Notes: generated by a model not told the origin, from the letters alone. Counted from the first letter of the stretch, positions 40,887 through 54,000 are shown. The stretch: DNA of 64,000 nt from Auanema rhodensis (GCA_964057225.1 OZ059894.1:7936001-8000000); one strand, 5' to 3'. Numbers and translations: made by a program.

Positions 40887-43800
40887 GCCGAGTTTTTGGA
40901 AGCTTGACAACGACGCTGAATAGACAGACGCAAAAGTTGGTTGATGCTTCTGCTCCTGCTATTTCTGCCGTGCAATGGCAAGTCTTTTTTTAAATCCAAA
41001 TCAAGCAACTCCGAGTGGCACTCAAGACAAAAAAAACATGAAATAGAGAATATCATGGAGTATTTCAAATTTTTTCCTCAAAAATCTGAATCTCTTGCAA
41101 GAACACGTCTACATTTCGATCAGCTTTAATGAGCATGCATATATCTATTTGAATTCGATTAGATTATTCGCTTTTCTCGTTTGACTGTACAATTTCTGGA
41201 AAACTAATCCCACCAATGAACGACATAAAATCCAATTTCAAGCACTGAATGATGAGATAAGTATTTTGAAACAAAAAAAGAGAGAGCGCGAGAAAAAGAT
41301 AGGATGTGAATAGAAGTGAAAAAGAGAAAAAACCAACTAGGGAAGACGGAGAGAGAGGAAGAGAGGGAGAGAGAAGGAGAGAGAGGGGATGAATTCGTTG
41401 TAAGCATTATAAAGTAAACAAAAATAATAACAATAAATTCATGGCGTTGTGTATGACGAAGAGCGAACTTTTAAACGAAAAATATACATATATAGATATA
41501 GATATATATATATATATAGTATTGCAACCGCTTCAAGCGTAAAAACGATTAGAAATAACGTCGGTGGCACGTATTTCACGCGCGTGGAAAATCTGATATG
41601 AATATAGAAATTGAGAATCTGAAGTAAAATTAGAAAATGGCATATCGAAAATTATGAAAGCATGGCTTATGAATATCACGAATAAAGAATAATTCATTGT
41701 CGTGCAGGTGTAAACTGTGAAAAACAAGAAATAGAACGGGGCGTATCAGAACTACGGAAAGGCAGTTCATAGAGGCATGGCGTGGGTGTGATTAAGGATT
41801 TATAGTTCTTGGTTAAGGCACATAATTTGCTACTTTTTATGAATATTCTGCAAAAGTCAACAAAAAAGCGAATGACACGGCGGCACAACTCAAGCAAGAC
41901 TGCTAATCAATGGATAGATGGATCATATCGCCTCAGGGCATCTTGGTTAATCAAATGACAGCAGCCAGTAGGCATATGCCCCAGAGATGAGCATGCAGTT
42001 CAAACTCTTCAGTATGAAGAGATAGAGAGAAAGAAGTGCTATTTGAATGTAAAAGTAGGAAACAGAAACTGAGAGAATAAGGAAGTAAGAGATGGAAAAG
42101 TTAAAGTCATACAAATCTGTACCGGTCGTATATGACGGATTGTGAAGGAAAAAACATGTTAAATAGAATTGATGATAGTAGAATAAAAAAGTTGAAAATC
42201 ATGAAGAAAGTCAAATGAAATGGTAATGAATAGGCAGACTCCTAGATGAATGACGGAAATGTTCTGAAAAGTATGGGGCAGTTAGATTTATTTTCATTTT
42301 TTTGTCATGCTAAAAGCAGTACACAAACTAAAAAAATACTCTAAGTCTAAGATGTTTGAAATATAAAGGAAATGCAATCGAAAATAAGCCGGAAGACAAA
42401 GAAAAAATAAATATTGTAATCATTAGTTTGGGTGGTAGAAAGAATAGTTTAAAAAGCATGTAAAGCTTAGAATTGGGGGGAAGAAATGCATGAAGGAATA
42501 GACAAAGAAGAAAAAACTTAACGAAATATGCTCTGAGCTGACGAGTAATCAAAACATCGCTTGACGAACTAGTACTGAAGACAAGCAGTAAAAGCACATG
42601 CACAACAAGAGAAAAAAAGTTGGACTGATGTAAGCTGGAAAATAAGATCCTATAAGATTCGACAAGAAGAACTAGGACGATAACATGAAGCTTTACAATC
42701 GAGTAGAATAGAAATGAACACAAGCAGAAGAAGGTTAGCCAACGAACATACGAAATGACACAGAAGCTTTTGAAGTAGTTGCAGCTGAAAGTTGATGAAA
42801 AGGCTACACGAAGATGAACAAATGGATGTATGTTTATTTAAAAATCTGTTACGAAATGTTGTATCAGGAGAAAAAAAAACATTTTTTTCATATTTAGCCT
42901 TACTTTCATTGTGAGCATATAATAACTTATTCGTTAAGCTCATGATGGTGACTAATGTCTGATTGAAATAGTGGGATATGTGACCAACTGCACAAAACTG
43001 GCGCATAATAACTGAAGATGGACATGATGAGCAGTGAGTGCAAACGTCAAACTCGTTGGAAATATGAGGAGAGCATTAACGCCCATTTGTTAATGAGGAT
43101 ATAGTAGCCAAAGTTGGAGAAAGGCACAGTTGTGTTAGATGTTGTTGGCAAAAAGCTGAAGCAGCGTATGCTATTACGGAGTTAGAAACAAGGTTTTGAC
43201 AGAAATTATTGACAGACGTTCAACGTAGTGATAGACAGAAAAAGACGTGACAAAGACGAGCAATAGAGAGAGTATGAGATAGTAAACGTCAGTAAAGAGG
43301 ATAAGAGAGAGAAGCAAATGCCATTGAATAGGCACTCAAGCGCTGAGTCGCTAAATAAGGCACGCTTATCACAAGCAATTGGCAACTAAACTAAATGAAA
43401 GCTGAAGGTGGTCACTCATTTTTCACTTACTAAGCGCCTTGTTTTGCGAAAAAATTTGGTAAAAGCGGAAGAAACAAGTCATGCGAAGAATATTCGATAA
43501 CTCAGGTTGATAACAGTATAAAAAACGTGAATGCAGTAACTATTGAAGAGGGACTAAGGAAAGGAAATGCGGGAAAAGAAAGTAAGGCTAGTAAAAGCTT
43601 TCTAATGAATAGCACACACATACACACATACACAGAGCTTACTCCTCTCTATCCTCCTCACTTCTTCCAGCCTCTCTATCTATACGCCTATTCTCCCTTT
43701 CTCTCTTGCTATTTGTTTCTCTCTGCCCCTCCTTATCTTTCCTCTATTTCTCAAAGCATGGAAGGCCACTGGGGTCGGCAGTCCAGTTAGATGATGGATT

Positions 43801-45293
43801 CGCATTCAGAACATGGCTATTTCTCATCCACATTCCGGCCTTGCCTTCTACTTTCCTCCCCTTAGGACTGAGAGCAATTCCTATGCTTTGACTGCTCGAC
43901 GAGAGACCCATAGAGAAAAGAAACTTGGAGAAACAGATATGTATATGTGTATATACATATTCTGAGTTTAAGACAGATATGATATGAACAGACATAGAAA
44001 GACAGCACGAGATAGTGTATGAACTAAATTTAGGAGAATGACAGAGTCGTACTTATAAAGAAACAAAAATTAAGAACATGAAGATAGATGCATCATGAGC
44101 TAATAACACACGATGAGAAGGAGGAAGAGAACGAGATGAAGGAATAAATTGAGAATAACGACCGTTCTGCACAAAACATTTGGAGAAATTAAAACAACTA
44201 TCACGTAAACTGTGATTGCGTGAGTTTCGTATGCAAATTAATTTTAACGCGAAATTGGCACGACAATTGAATCCAAATATTTAGAATGGAACAGACAAAA
44301 AATTTTTAATTTTCATTGTTCTACTGAAACAAAGGATATTACTACTGCCGAATACTCTGCAAAATACGGACGAACCCGACTGTACCCAGTCGATAAATGA
44401 AGTGAATGGCAAGCAGCTTAGTAAAAATACTCATAATCGTTTTCAAGCGACATTCAAGCACAATACTCTTCAGACAAACTGACTTCATCTATCAGCTAAA
44501 AATCCTCGAAGGGGCAAGGGTCACTTCCAGAAAAGGAAATCAAGGTCGGCTCTTGAAAAACTCCTGCCGGAAGCTGCAATCGCAACTTTCGAAACCAAAA
44601 GTTTAGAAGCTCGAAGTTGACGACGAGTATGAGAGCAATGAAAAAGAAGGTACTCAAGGAAAATTGGTTCACAACTGCAGTTGAAGTTGAAGGCTAATGC
44701 CTCACATCACACTACGGCCATCGCGGTAATTGCTGATAATTAATTTCAGATTTCATTACGAAGAGAACCGTTTATGCCATTTTCAACAGATATTTATATG
44801 AAATAACTATAATTGGAATTATAGAAAATAGTATAATGAAAAAGCGCCCATATTGCAAAGTTGGAAATAGTATGAACTTTGATGATGGTATAATTAAATA
44901 GGGCTCGAGAGAATAGTCCAAGATAGGAAGCAGTGTTCGGATGAGAGAATCTTCAAATGTTCCGATTTTTTTCGCATTTTTCACATGTCAGACATGATTT
45001 TTGAAAGCAGAACTTGGAGATTTTAAGATTCGAAGACAAATCTGACCACGAAGAAACGAAAATCACCAAATAAAGCCAAATATTTCGAAGATAGCACTCG
45101 GTTTGAATATCCTGACTAAAGAGCTATTCACTCTCGATTGTTATTTGCAATAACCAAGGAATGCAAGGAAACTCAAAGCCGTTTATGCTTTTTTAATGTA
45201 GTATTCATTTCGATGAAAACAGATGAAGCTGATTCATCTTCGAACAGCATCAAAGAAAGAGCAACATGTGTTGTGACACTAAGTATTTTTTCA

Positions 45294-45660
45294 CTAGAAG
45301 TAGCATAATTTTTTTACAACACCAGTGTCCTGAAAATGTGCATGCAAGCATAAATCATACGAACTATCTATTTTTATACCAAATGAAATGAAATATTAAG
45401 AATTTTCAAAGAAATTAATAAAGTGAGCAATATCATATATAGCAACTTCACTAAAACGTTGACACAAGCCGTTCGTGTTAACTCACTGGACCTAAGTTAC
45501 GGCCAGTCTCCCAAGAGTAAAATCCCTGGAACAGCCGAAAACAATTGAGGACTCGTAATGTGGCCATTTCCGCAGTCCTAAGCTTATCTACACCCGGCAA
45601 ACAGCAAAATTTAGCTCCCTCAAGAGATCCTTGATGAATGTTGGAAACAAGATGATTGAC
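45294..45660 (-). ncRNA. Candidate spliced lncRNA or micropeptide transcript immediately downstream of WDR74
   Basis: GC-richer multi-hairpin block, strong donor CCA|gtgagt (45486), acceptor ttttcag| (45330), and a 38-codon ORF spanning the junction. Confidence 0.4.
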
Positions 45661-45781
45661 TGGAACTACAGTAAATGAACTTCATAGATCGCAGTTAAAG
45701 AGAACTTATTCAATTATCAAACATAACAAGACAACAGTAAAAATCAACAACAAAGTAACAATTAGGTTCTAACTCTCTAAA

Positions 45782-47833
45782 TTATTTCTTTTTTAGTAGC
45801 TTCTTCTTTTTAGGAGGAACAGGTTCATCATCAGATACGACCTAAGAATCATCAATTAACTTGAATCCTGAAGAGCGAAAACAAATGTATTCACCTCTTC
45901 TTTGATTTCTTCAATTTCTGCCAAATTCAGTTTAGCTTTCTTCTTTGGTTCAATAATTTCAACATCTTCGTCATCATCATTTTCACTATCATCGGTTATA
46001 CTATCTTTTCGTTTACGCCCTTTTTCACTTTTCTTTTTTTTCTTTGGTATCTGAATTCTAAAATGTAAAAAGTTGTTTGATCATGAACTTACGTCTTCGT
46101 CAACATCTTCTTTTCTTTTTCTTTGTACAGAGCTATTTTTGGTTTGCCCACTACGAGTTTTTCTAAAAATAAATTCATATAAAGAAACAAAAAAAATTAA
46201 AAGCGGAAATCTAAATATAAACTAAATAACAATAAATGTATAGTATTCTACACCCTCTGATGAAAACTCTATGTTCACCACAGCGAAACACAAATGCCGC
46301 CTACTTTCAACACTCATATCCCACCTCAACGTTTGAATTTCAGCATCGTCGTCTTCACCCCAGAGACTATCCCCACTGTCATCTTCAGAGCATTCATCAC
46401 TTTCATCACTTTCATCATCGAGATCACTATCATCTTCTTTCTAAAAAAATTTGTTTTTTCAGAGCTTCAAAAACGGAACATCAACTTACTTTTATTTTTT
46501 CCCAATCATCATCGGTTGTTTCCTTCTTAACATTGAGGATAGATAAGTTTTTAGATAATAATATGCTGTTCATTCTGGTTTTACAATAAATCTGAAAGTC
46601 AAAAAGAATAGTAAACGGTATATATATTGTTATCTAACCTTATGAACCAATTTCTTGGTGTCAATATCATGAACTCGAACGAAACGATCGATTCCGCAAG
46701 ATGCCAGATATGGAGCTGTTGGGTGAGCATCAAGTGATCTAATAGAACCAGCTTGTCCTTTATATTTATTCACAGGATGAACTGTAATATTAAAATTAAT
46801 AGATATACCAAACAAGTTCAACCTCTGCTTCTTAAATCAAATAAGCCCATTTCTCCGATTGAATTAGCAGCTATAACATGATGTTCACGGTGGCAGAACG
46901 TCATAGCTGTCAATGGTGACTCCATGAATGAGATTACTTTCACTGGTCTTCTTTGAGCTTTGGGATCATATAATCTCAACTGTAATAATAATAAAAATAA
47001 TAAATAGTAACAGTTTCAGAATGGATCACTTCATGAACTTTAGTAGCTTCTACTATTGTTTCGGTATTGGGAACAAACTGCGCATCTACACAAAACATGG
47101 GTACTTCAAGTTGTAATTTATCAAGTGGAACCTAAACATTAATATTCAGCATGAACTTAAAACAAATTATGATTTCTTACGTTTTTAGCACCCCACTTTT
47201 GCTTTCCAGTTTCAATATCCCATGTTTTAATTAAATTTCTGGTTCCTCCGGTTAAAATAGACTGTTTCTCATTGCATCCTGTAATGATACATTAAAACTA
47301 AGATTTCTGAATTTTCACACCTCGCATAGTAGTTATGTTCTCTCCTACTTGAATCGTTCTCTTCTCTTCGCCTTCCTTTGTCCATATCGTAGCCAACCCA
47401 GATTCAACACATGTAATAATGTTCTCCCTAAAAACGAAAGAAAGTACACAAACTGATAGATAGAACATACTCAGGTGTTAAATGCAGTCCTTTGATGGCG
47501 CCTTTTCCTCCTTCAGCTGTAAACAGTGGCGTATGAGTTGAGATTGTGCTATCGAAAAGCTTTAGTTGACGATCCAGTTGAGCTGTCAAAATTTCAGTCT
47601 AAACAAGTTTGTAAAGCCTTGTCGAACACATTCCGCACCTGAGTTTCACCCGCCCAAATCATCCTAGTAATTTCATCATTTTTTGGTAACAACGTTTTTA
47701 TTGGTATTAAGTTCAGAAAAGTATTATCTCGCAAACAGACACCTAAATATAATTCAAGTTTTAAACTTATAAAAACAAGTTGGAGAGGCATACCTTTGAT
47801 TGCACCTGTTTGTGCTCCAACAAAGCAATCCAT
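45782..47833 (-). CDS. WDR74: WD repeat protein 74 / Nsa1 homolog (60S ribosome biogenesis)
   Basis: MDCFVGAQTGAIKG..., WGAKNVPLDKLQLEVP, LRLYDPKAQRRPV, YKGQAGSIRSLDAHPTAPYLASCGIDRFVRVHD, IYCKTRMN, then an acidic/lysine-rich tail. Confidence 0.9.
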
Positions 47834-48018
47834 TCTACAATTATGTTTTAAAATAAAGAAAAAAAGAACTACATTCAAAATATAAAATTGGTTTAAACCA
47901 ATACTATAGCATTCGAAAAGTAATCACAGAAAATTTATTGTCAATTATTTAATTAATGAAACCCGTTTTTCTTTGAGATTTTAGTAAACCGTAAAATGAG
48001 ATCAGTATGTACAGAGAA

Positions 48019-51000
48019 TTAAAAGGGTTTAGTAACTGCTTGCATGGCAAGCTGAACGAGCATCAAGCGATCTTGAACACTGGGCAGGACATTGGGCAGG
48101 ACATTTGGAAGAAGATTTGGCAGAAGATTTGGAAGAAGATTTGGCAGGATATTAGGCAATTGATTTGGTAACGTTAGGGGCAGGTTGTTCTTATTATCAC
48201 TGGAAGTTAGACTTATAGATGATGAAGAAGCAGTACTCAAAGAAATTTCCGAACTTGAAGGACATGCTTGTTTGATAGCTTGATTTGAAGACGGTTCATC
48301 AGTATTTTTTCTTTTCTAAACCAAAGAATTAACTTAGTGATAGCTGCCACTCTAACCTTATATGGGCGTTTTCTGTCACCGACCAAACTCGGATCTTTCA
48401 AAATTCCATCTATAGGTCCATGATGTTTTTCAATTATTTGAACCACAGATCGTTGAACATACGCTATTACAAGCTTAGATTTATATCTGTTAATAAGAGT
48501 TTAGGGAGAAGTAACATAGTGGAAATTTACTTTTCCATTAAATTCCATAATCTGACAATGTCCAACCGAATTGTATTGATTCGTTCTTTCGTTATTAACG
48601 ATGATACAGCTTTTAGGCAGAAAGTGCACAACGACTTTTGCCCCCTAGGAGGAAGCCTATCTCTTAAAATACATAATATATTTTTTGTTATCGCATAAAA
48701 TTTTGAAAACATACTCTTCTTCATAACCAATTTCTTTGACGATTCCTATGAGGACGTTTATCAACGTAGCCAGATCCTTCAATTTTACACTAACGGATAT
48801 ACTCAAGCGAATCCATCTATCAAAATGGTAAGCAAAAGAGCCTGATCTGTCGATATCATTAGAAGTAATTAAAACAATGTTCTGAAATATCCCTTTTAAA
48901 CAATTTAAGACTTGAAATAAATAAAAGTACGTCGAAGAAAACATCCTCTTTCTTCTTTTTGCGGAAAATTCCACGAACAAGATGGTCATAAGCTTTGGTT
49001 AACTTATGCTTGGATATTTCCATCTGTGCCAAACGATAATGAGCCTTAGGATGTGGAAAACGTTCACACACAATCTTTAAAATTATATTATGAAACATTT
49101 GAAGAATGAGGTCATACCTCGAAGCCAGAATAGCATAAATCCCAGATATCCGAGACAAGTTCAGTTCTTGTTACCATATCATCAACCTGAACAAGTGAAA
49201 TACAATTTAAAATTTGCTCAATATTTATTACCAATTCTGCAACTTCTCCTTGTGCACATGCCGAGCGAGCCACATTCAAAGTAAGAGTGAGAGCTATTTC
49301 TTCCATTTCAGGATGACACGAGAACAAAGATAAAGTATTTTTCACAACCTTGAACACAAAATGATTATAGAGCTATGAAAATGAAGCCGAACCTTATGTC
49401 TTTTAAAAGCTCTAAGATACGATAATAAAGTTATTAGTGTCTGAATAGGAGGTTCAATACTGTAATAGGAATGCAATTAAGAAATTTAAAAAAACTTAAA
49501 CCTACGTGTGGCAAATATACTTATAAGCAAAAGAATGAATCTGATAGTGAAGTTCGATAGGCTCAACATTTTGTTGCTTTTTTACATTGATTTTCAAAGG
49601 ATAATAGTAGAAATCTCCTAACTGACAAGAGCATGCGGCTTCATAGAGGTAATCAGCAACCTGGTAAAATCATAGTTTTCTAAATTGTACAACAGTTTTA
49701 TTACTTTAATAATATCATATTCCTCTTCCTTCGCATGAAGCTTAGCCATAAAAAAGTAGCAAAGCCAATGAAACTCATCAACTCGACAGTTTTCCGAAGG
49801 TTTAACCAAGCTTAGAGCTTGCTCAAAATGATGATACGATTCTTCTCGTAGTTGATATACGTCTACAAATTTACGTCTTCTAAAATCATTTTCGGGCAAC
49901 TAAATGAATGGATCTGTGCGATAAAATGCTCGATAGAAAATACCTTCTCCATGAACCTCGTCATCCGTGATGCAACTTGGTAAAGAGAGCTAGCATGTTG
50001 AAAATGCAAATATGGTAATGAACTATCTATTTGAATAGCAAACTTCAATTTAAAAAAATTACAAATCATAATATAGAAAATTTCCTACTCTGTAAGGCAT
50101 AGTAAGTCGTTCTAACTCGTAAAGAATGGTATCATCCGGAAGCATGAAAAGATCGCACATTAATGCATGTGAAAGCATGGCCCAAACAGAAGCAATACTC
50201 TCCGAATTAATATGTACCGTTCCATTCGTTAAGTACAGCTAAAAATTGAGGAACTCTAAATATTTTCTTTCGAATTATTGCTTACCGTAGAATAAAGAGC
50301 GGTTTCATCATGATTATTTTGACGATAGTTATGCAAAGCTAGCACATACCAAATAAGACTCTGTAACTCGGACTCTTCGGATTCTTGTGGCCATATCAGT
50401 CTGAAATTAGGTTCTAGGAGCCTGAAGTTTCAAATTATCATACTTGTCTTTTATTATATCCTGTTTTGAGGCATGTTTCAACCAATAATTAAATTTCTTA
50501 ACATATTCATTTCGATCAGTAGAAACGGTTATATGAGATGAGAACTTAGCTTGAAGCAAATCAACAACATCGTGTCCAAGACGCTCCTAATCATATAAAA
50601 ATATACTAACTATTCTAAATCAAAAACTACCTTGTCATCAAAAACAGGCATTGGTAAAGGCATAGCCAAATTAATAATTGCATCCGCTAGCTTTTTATCC
50701 GGTTTCAAATTTCCCTTAGCTTCATGATCCGCCAAAGGTTTCCTCTTTTTACAGAACCGACTAAGATATTCATTATGATAATGAAGAAAATCTGAGTAAA
50801 AACTAACCCAAATCCACATTGAAGACATTGAGCAATCTCTTCAGAAATGTTTGACCATAGCCATGCGCAATTATTTTGTAAATAATCTACAGCTTTGTCA
50901 TTTTTTACAAACTCGTTCAGTTCTTCGAAGTAATATTTCAAAAATACTCCCTAAAAAATAATTTTATGAAAAGAGAGATAAATAATACTTACGTCATGAG

Positions 51001-54000
51001 AACTACATGTTTGCTCAGCACCCAAAACTTCATGAGTTTTACAAAGAACGTCCAAAGCACGTGTCGGCATAACATATAAATCAGACTGATTTAGAGATGA
51101 AATATATTGAATACTAATTCCATCTGAAAGAGACGATCAAAGAGTTATCAAAAGGTAATTGAACCAACTCTCTGTGGCTTTAACTGCTTTATGTAAAACT
51201 CTCCATAAAGTCCACAACGTTTCTCTATCAACTAACAACTGACAAATAGAATAAGCTAGTCCATTTAAAGTTTCATTAGAAACTTTTGCAAAACTATCTT
51301 CTACATAAAGAAGAATTTTTTCTATTTGTGATGAAGAGACGTCCAAGGAATTAATAAGCAGATGATTCAAATAACTGAACGAAAACAAGATATAAGCATA
51401 TATATATGAACATACCGATTGCATACACTTGTAGCTTCTTCAAATCTATTCAAAGAAATGAGGCCCTCCATCCAATAACATAAAATTTCTTCAAGTTCAG
51501 CATCACTTACAGTGTTAAAATCAATATCGTTTGCAATAATATTAACAACCTAAGCACAGACATAAGTAAATGAAGTTGAGCAAAACATACTTGCTCATGC
51601 ATTGCAGCAGAACGAAGCTCTTCAATAGATTTCACTCGATCTACCTTCTCTATAGTGTCTAGTCTCGAAGATACATCTTCGATGGAGAAAGATCCTAATA
51701 AAACGAACATGAGGTTAGAAAAAATCATCAAAATTGCCTTTAACAGTTTTAACTTGCAACCCTTTTTCCAAGATAATCTTTGATTCCTTCAGGAACTTTA
51801 ACTGGATCTTTTCATCGGTTATAGACTTTATATAATTCCATGCAAAACGTAAAGCCATTTGTTCACAAGACCATCCTGTTTTAAAGTAATGACGAATACA
51901 GTAATCTTGCCCGCGACATTCATCTTAAGCAATATATTTCAATACTTTGTAATGTATGTTTATCATACCTAGTTCGTACATAAGCATATGAAGTTTAATC
52001 CATTTTTTACCTTCCATGTTATTTCTTACGGTATTCAACCTGCATAATATATATTAGTTGAAATAACGAACATTTAAAACCTGCGGTAAAGTTGGCAGAA
52101 TGTTGCTTGTAAATGTGGAGGAATACAGCCATATTCAGGGCAGTGTCTAACCAACTCAAGGAGAACGACTTCTTGAAATCCGAATATTGGTACAAAAAAA
52201 AGAAAAGAAAAGAAAAACCCATTATTTCACATATAGTCCATGTCCCATCTTTTAAGTGAGCTCTCAGGCTATCAGAAAAGACATCCTGTATGATAAGATA
52301 TTGAACGAACAAAATTACCACAAAAAAACCTGGTTGAAAAAATCGTGCAGATTCCTACTTGGTGAAGGTGAACGAGAAGTCGAAGCTTTTGAACATCGAA
52401 ATGGTTGAACTCGTATTTGCGACTTGATTCCAAAATGTTTAGCGTACTTAATTCATAAGTTAAGAAAATGAAAGAGTGAATTGAATACCGAATTGGAACT
52501 TTCATCTTCGCTTTCGCTTGAATCAGAAGCAGCTAATAATTCGACATTACGAATTGATCTTCTAACGAAAACTGATGAATTGACAGTAGTAGTCTTCTTT
52601 TTTTCTACTACATTACTGTCCATCAAAGAAAATGATGGAGAATTCACCTGAAACACAAATATAGCTCAGTCGAAACTAGTAGTTTACCTTTTCTAAAATG
52701 TTATCAACAACTTCAAGAATTGTTAAAACGTCCTCTAATGCTTCGGAAGTGGTAACATGAAGAATTCGCTCACTCCAACTGCGGAACATAATTGTTTGCA
52801 AAGAAGGCTAAAAACAAGATAACAGTAATTTTAAAAATACTAACCGAAGAATATGATTCGATTCTATCGTATACATCACAGAATATCGTTAAAATGTGAT
52901 TGAGACTGAAAAGATACATTTAAAAAATAAAAAAATGCATGCAACATACTCATAGTCAGCTTCAATATCTACTTCAATTGGTTTATACTCGTCCACAACT
53001 AACTCAGGATTAGTTAATGTTCTTGATCGTTCTTCTGCAGCTTCTAACCGCCCAGAAAGCTGAAAAGTATAATGTTAAAAACATAGCTTGTGAGTAACTT
53101 CACTTCGATTAATGATTCAGGGTCAAACTGAGGACCACTTTGGTATTTTCTATTTTCATTAAATATTTCATCACATAGTTCCCTAAAAGAGAAAAAAGTA
53201 TTCTGACTAAATAGTATCATTCTTACCTATAATGATCACTAATCATTCTGATTTGTTCTTTCATGAAGATCATTAAATCGGTAGTAGTATCAGAATCTAC
53301 AGCTTCTTTAATCATTTCCAAGCATGCTTAAAAAAAACACAAAAATTATAAGGAGATATATTTCTAACCATGATATTGACGAGATAAAAAAAGAATGGAG
53401 AGTCTCATTTCAAAAACATCTTCGCCGAATGCTTTTTCAACGGCAAACTTAGCAAAATCAAGATTTCCTTCATTTACAAGACATCGAGCTAGCTCTTTCC
53501 AAATAGTAGGATTATTGGGTGCAACGGATAAAACCTAAACACAATTCTTGGCTTTATCTTATATTGTCTTCAAACCTCAATATAATGTTCTATTGCTTTG
53601 TCACTGTCTAAAACAGCCAAATTCTTATGTACTCCTACGAATACTCGGGCCATTTTGGATAGCCTCAACAGAAAAAAAAACATAATTCCAATTTCTCATA
53701 ATGAGTTAATACCTGTCATCTTCTACTTCAAAAGTATCAGAATCTTTATTTTGGTTTAATACAAGCGGATTTTGTAAAAGTTCGTTAAATATACGTTTAG
53801 CTCGACTAATCTTGTTGTTAACTACGCATTGCAAGCCTTCTTGGAATTGTTGCAATGCAATAGCTTCCTACAAAACTAAATAAAAATATTAAATTTTTCA
53901 AAAACATTACGTTTGCTTCCTGAGTTTCTTCTTTGCCACCTTCAAATTCACTCCAAACAGAATCATCGGTATCAGATTCTGAAGAATCATCACTATCATC

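Noticed and set aside
40473-43006. Several ~100-140 aa F/L/S-rich or K/R-rich ORFs
   Set aside because: Low-complexity translations of purine/pyrimidine-skewed DNA.
43330-43385. mir-124 gene itself at TAAGGCACGC
   Set aside because: The match stops after 10 nt and there is no pre-miRNA hairpin.
45515-45535. GTAAAATCCCTGGA resembling RNase MRP CR-I
   Set aside because: No complementary P4 partner (CR-V) downstream on that strand.
45490-45585. CCTAAG(C) matches as a telomerase RNA template
   Set aside because: Only 6-7 nt. A TTAGGC template needs about 1.5 repeats, and these matches lie on the strand opposite the favoured fold. No telomeric arrays occur in the window.
46257-46290. CTGATGA...GAAAC hammerhead-like core (CTGATGA also at 24745 and 33433)
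   Set aside because: Stems I and II do not form here, and the other two sites lack GAAA.
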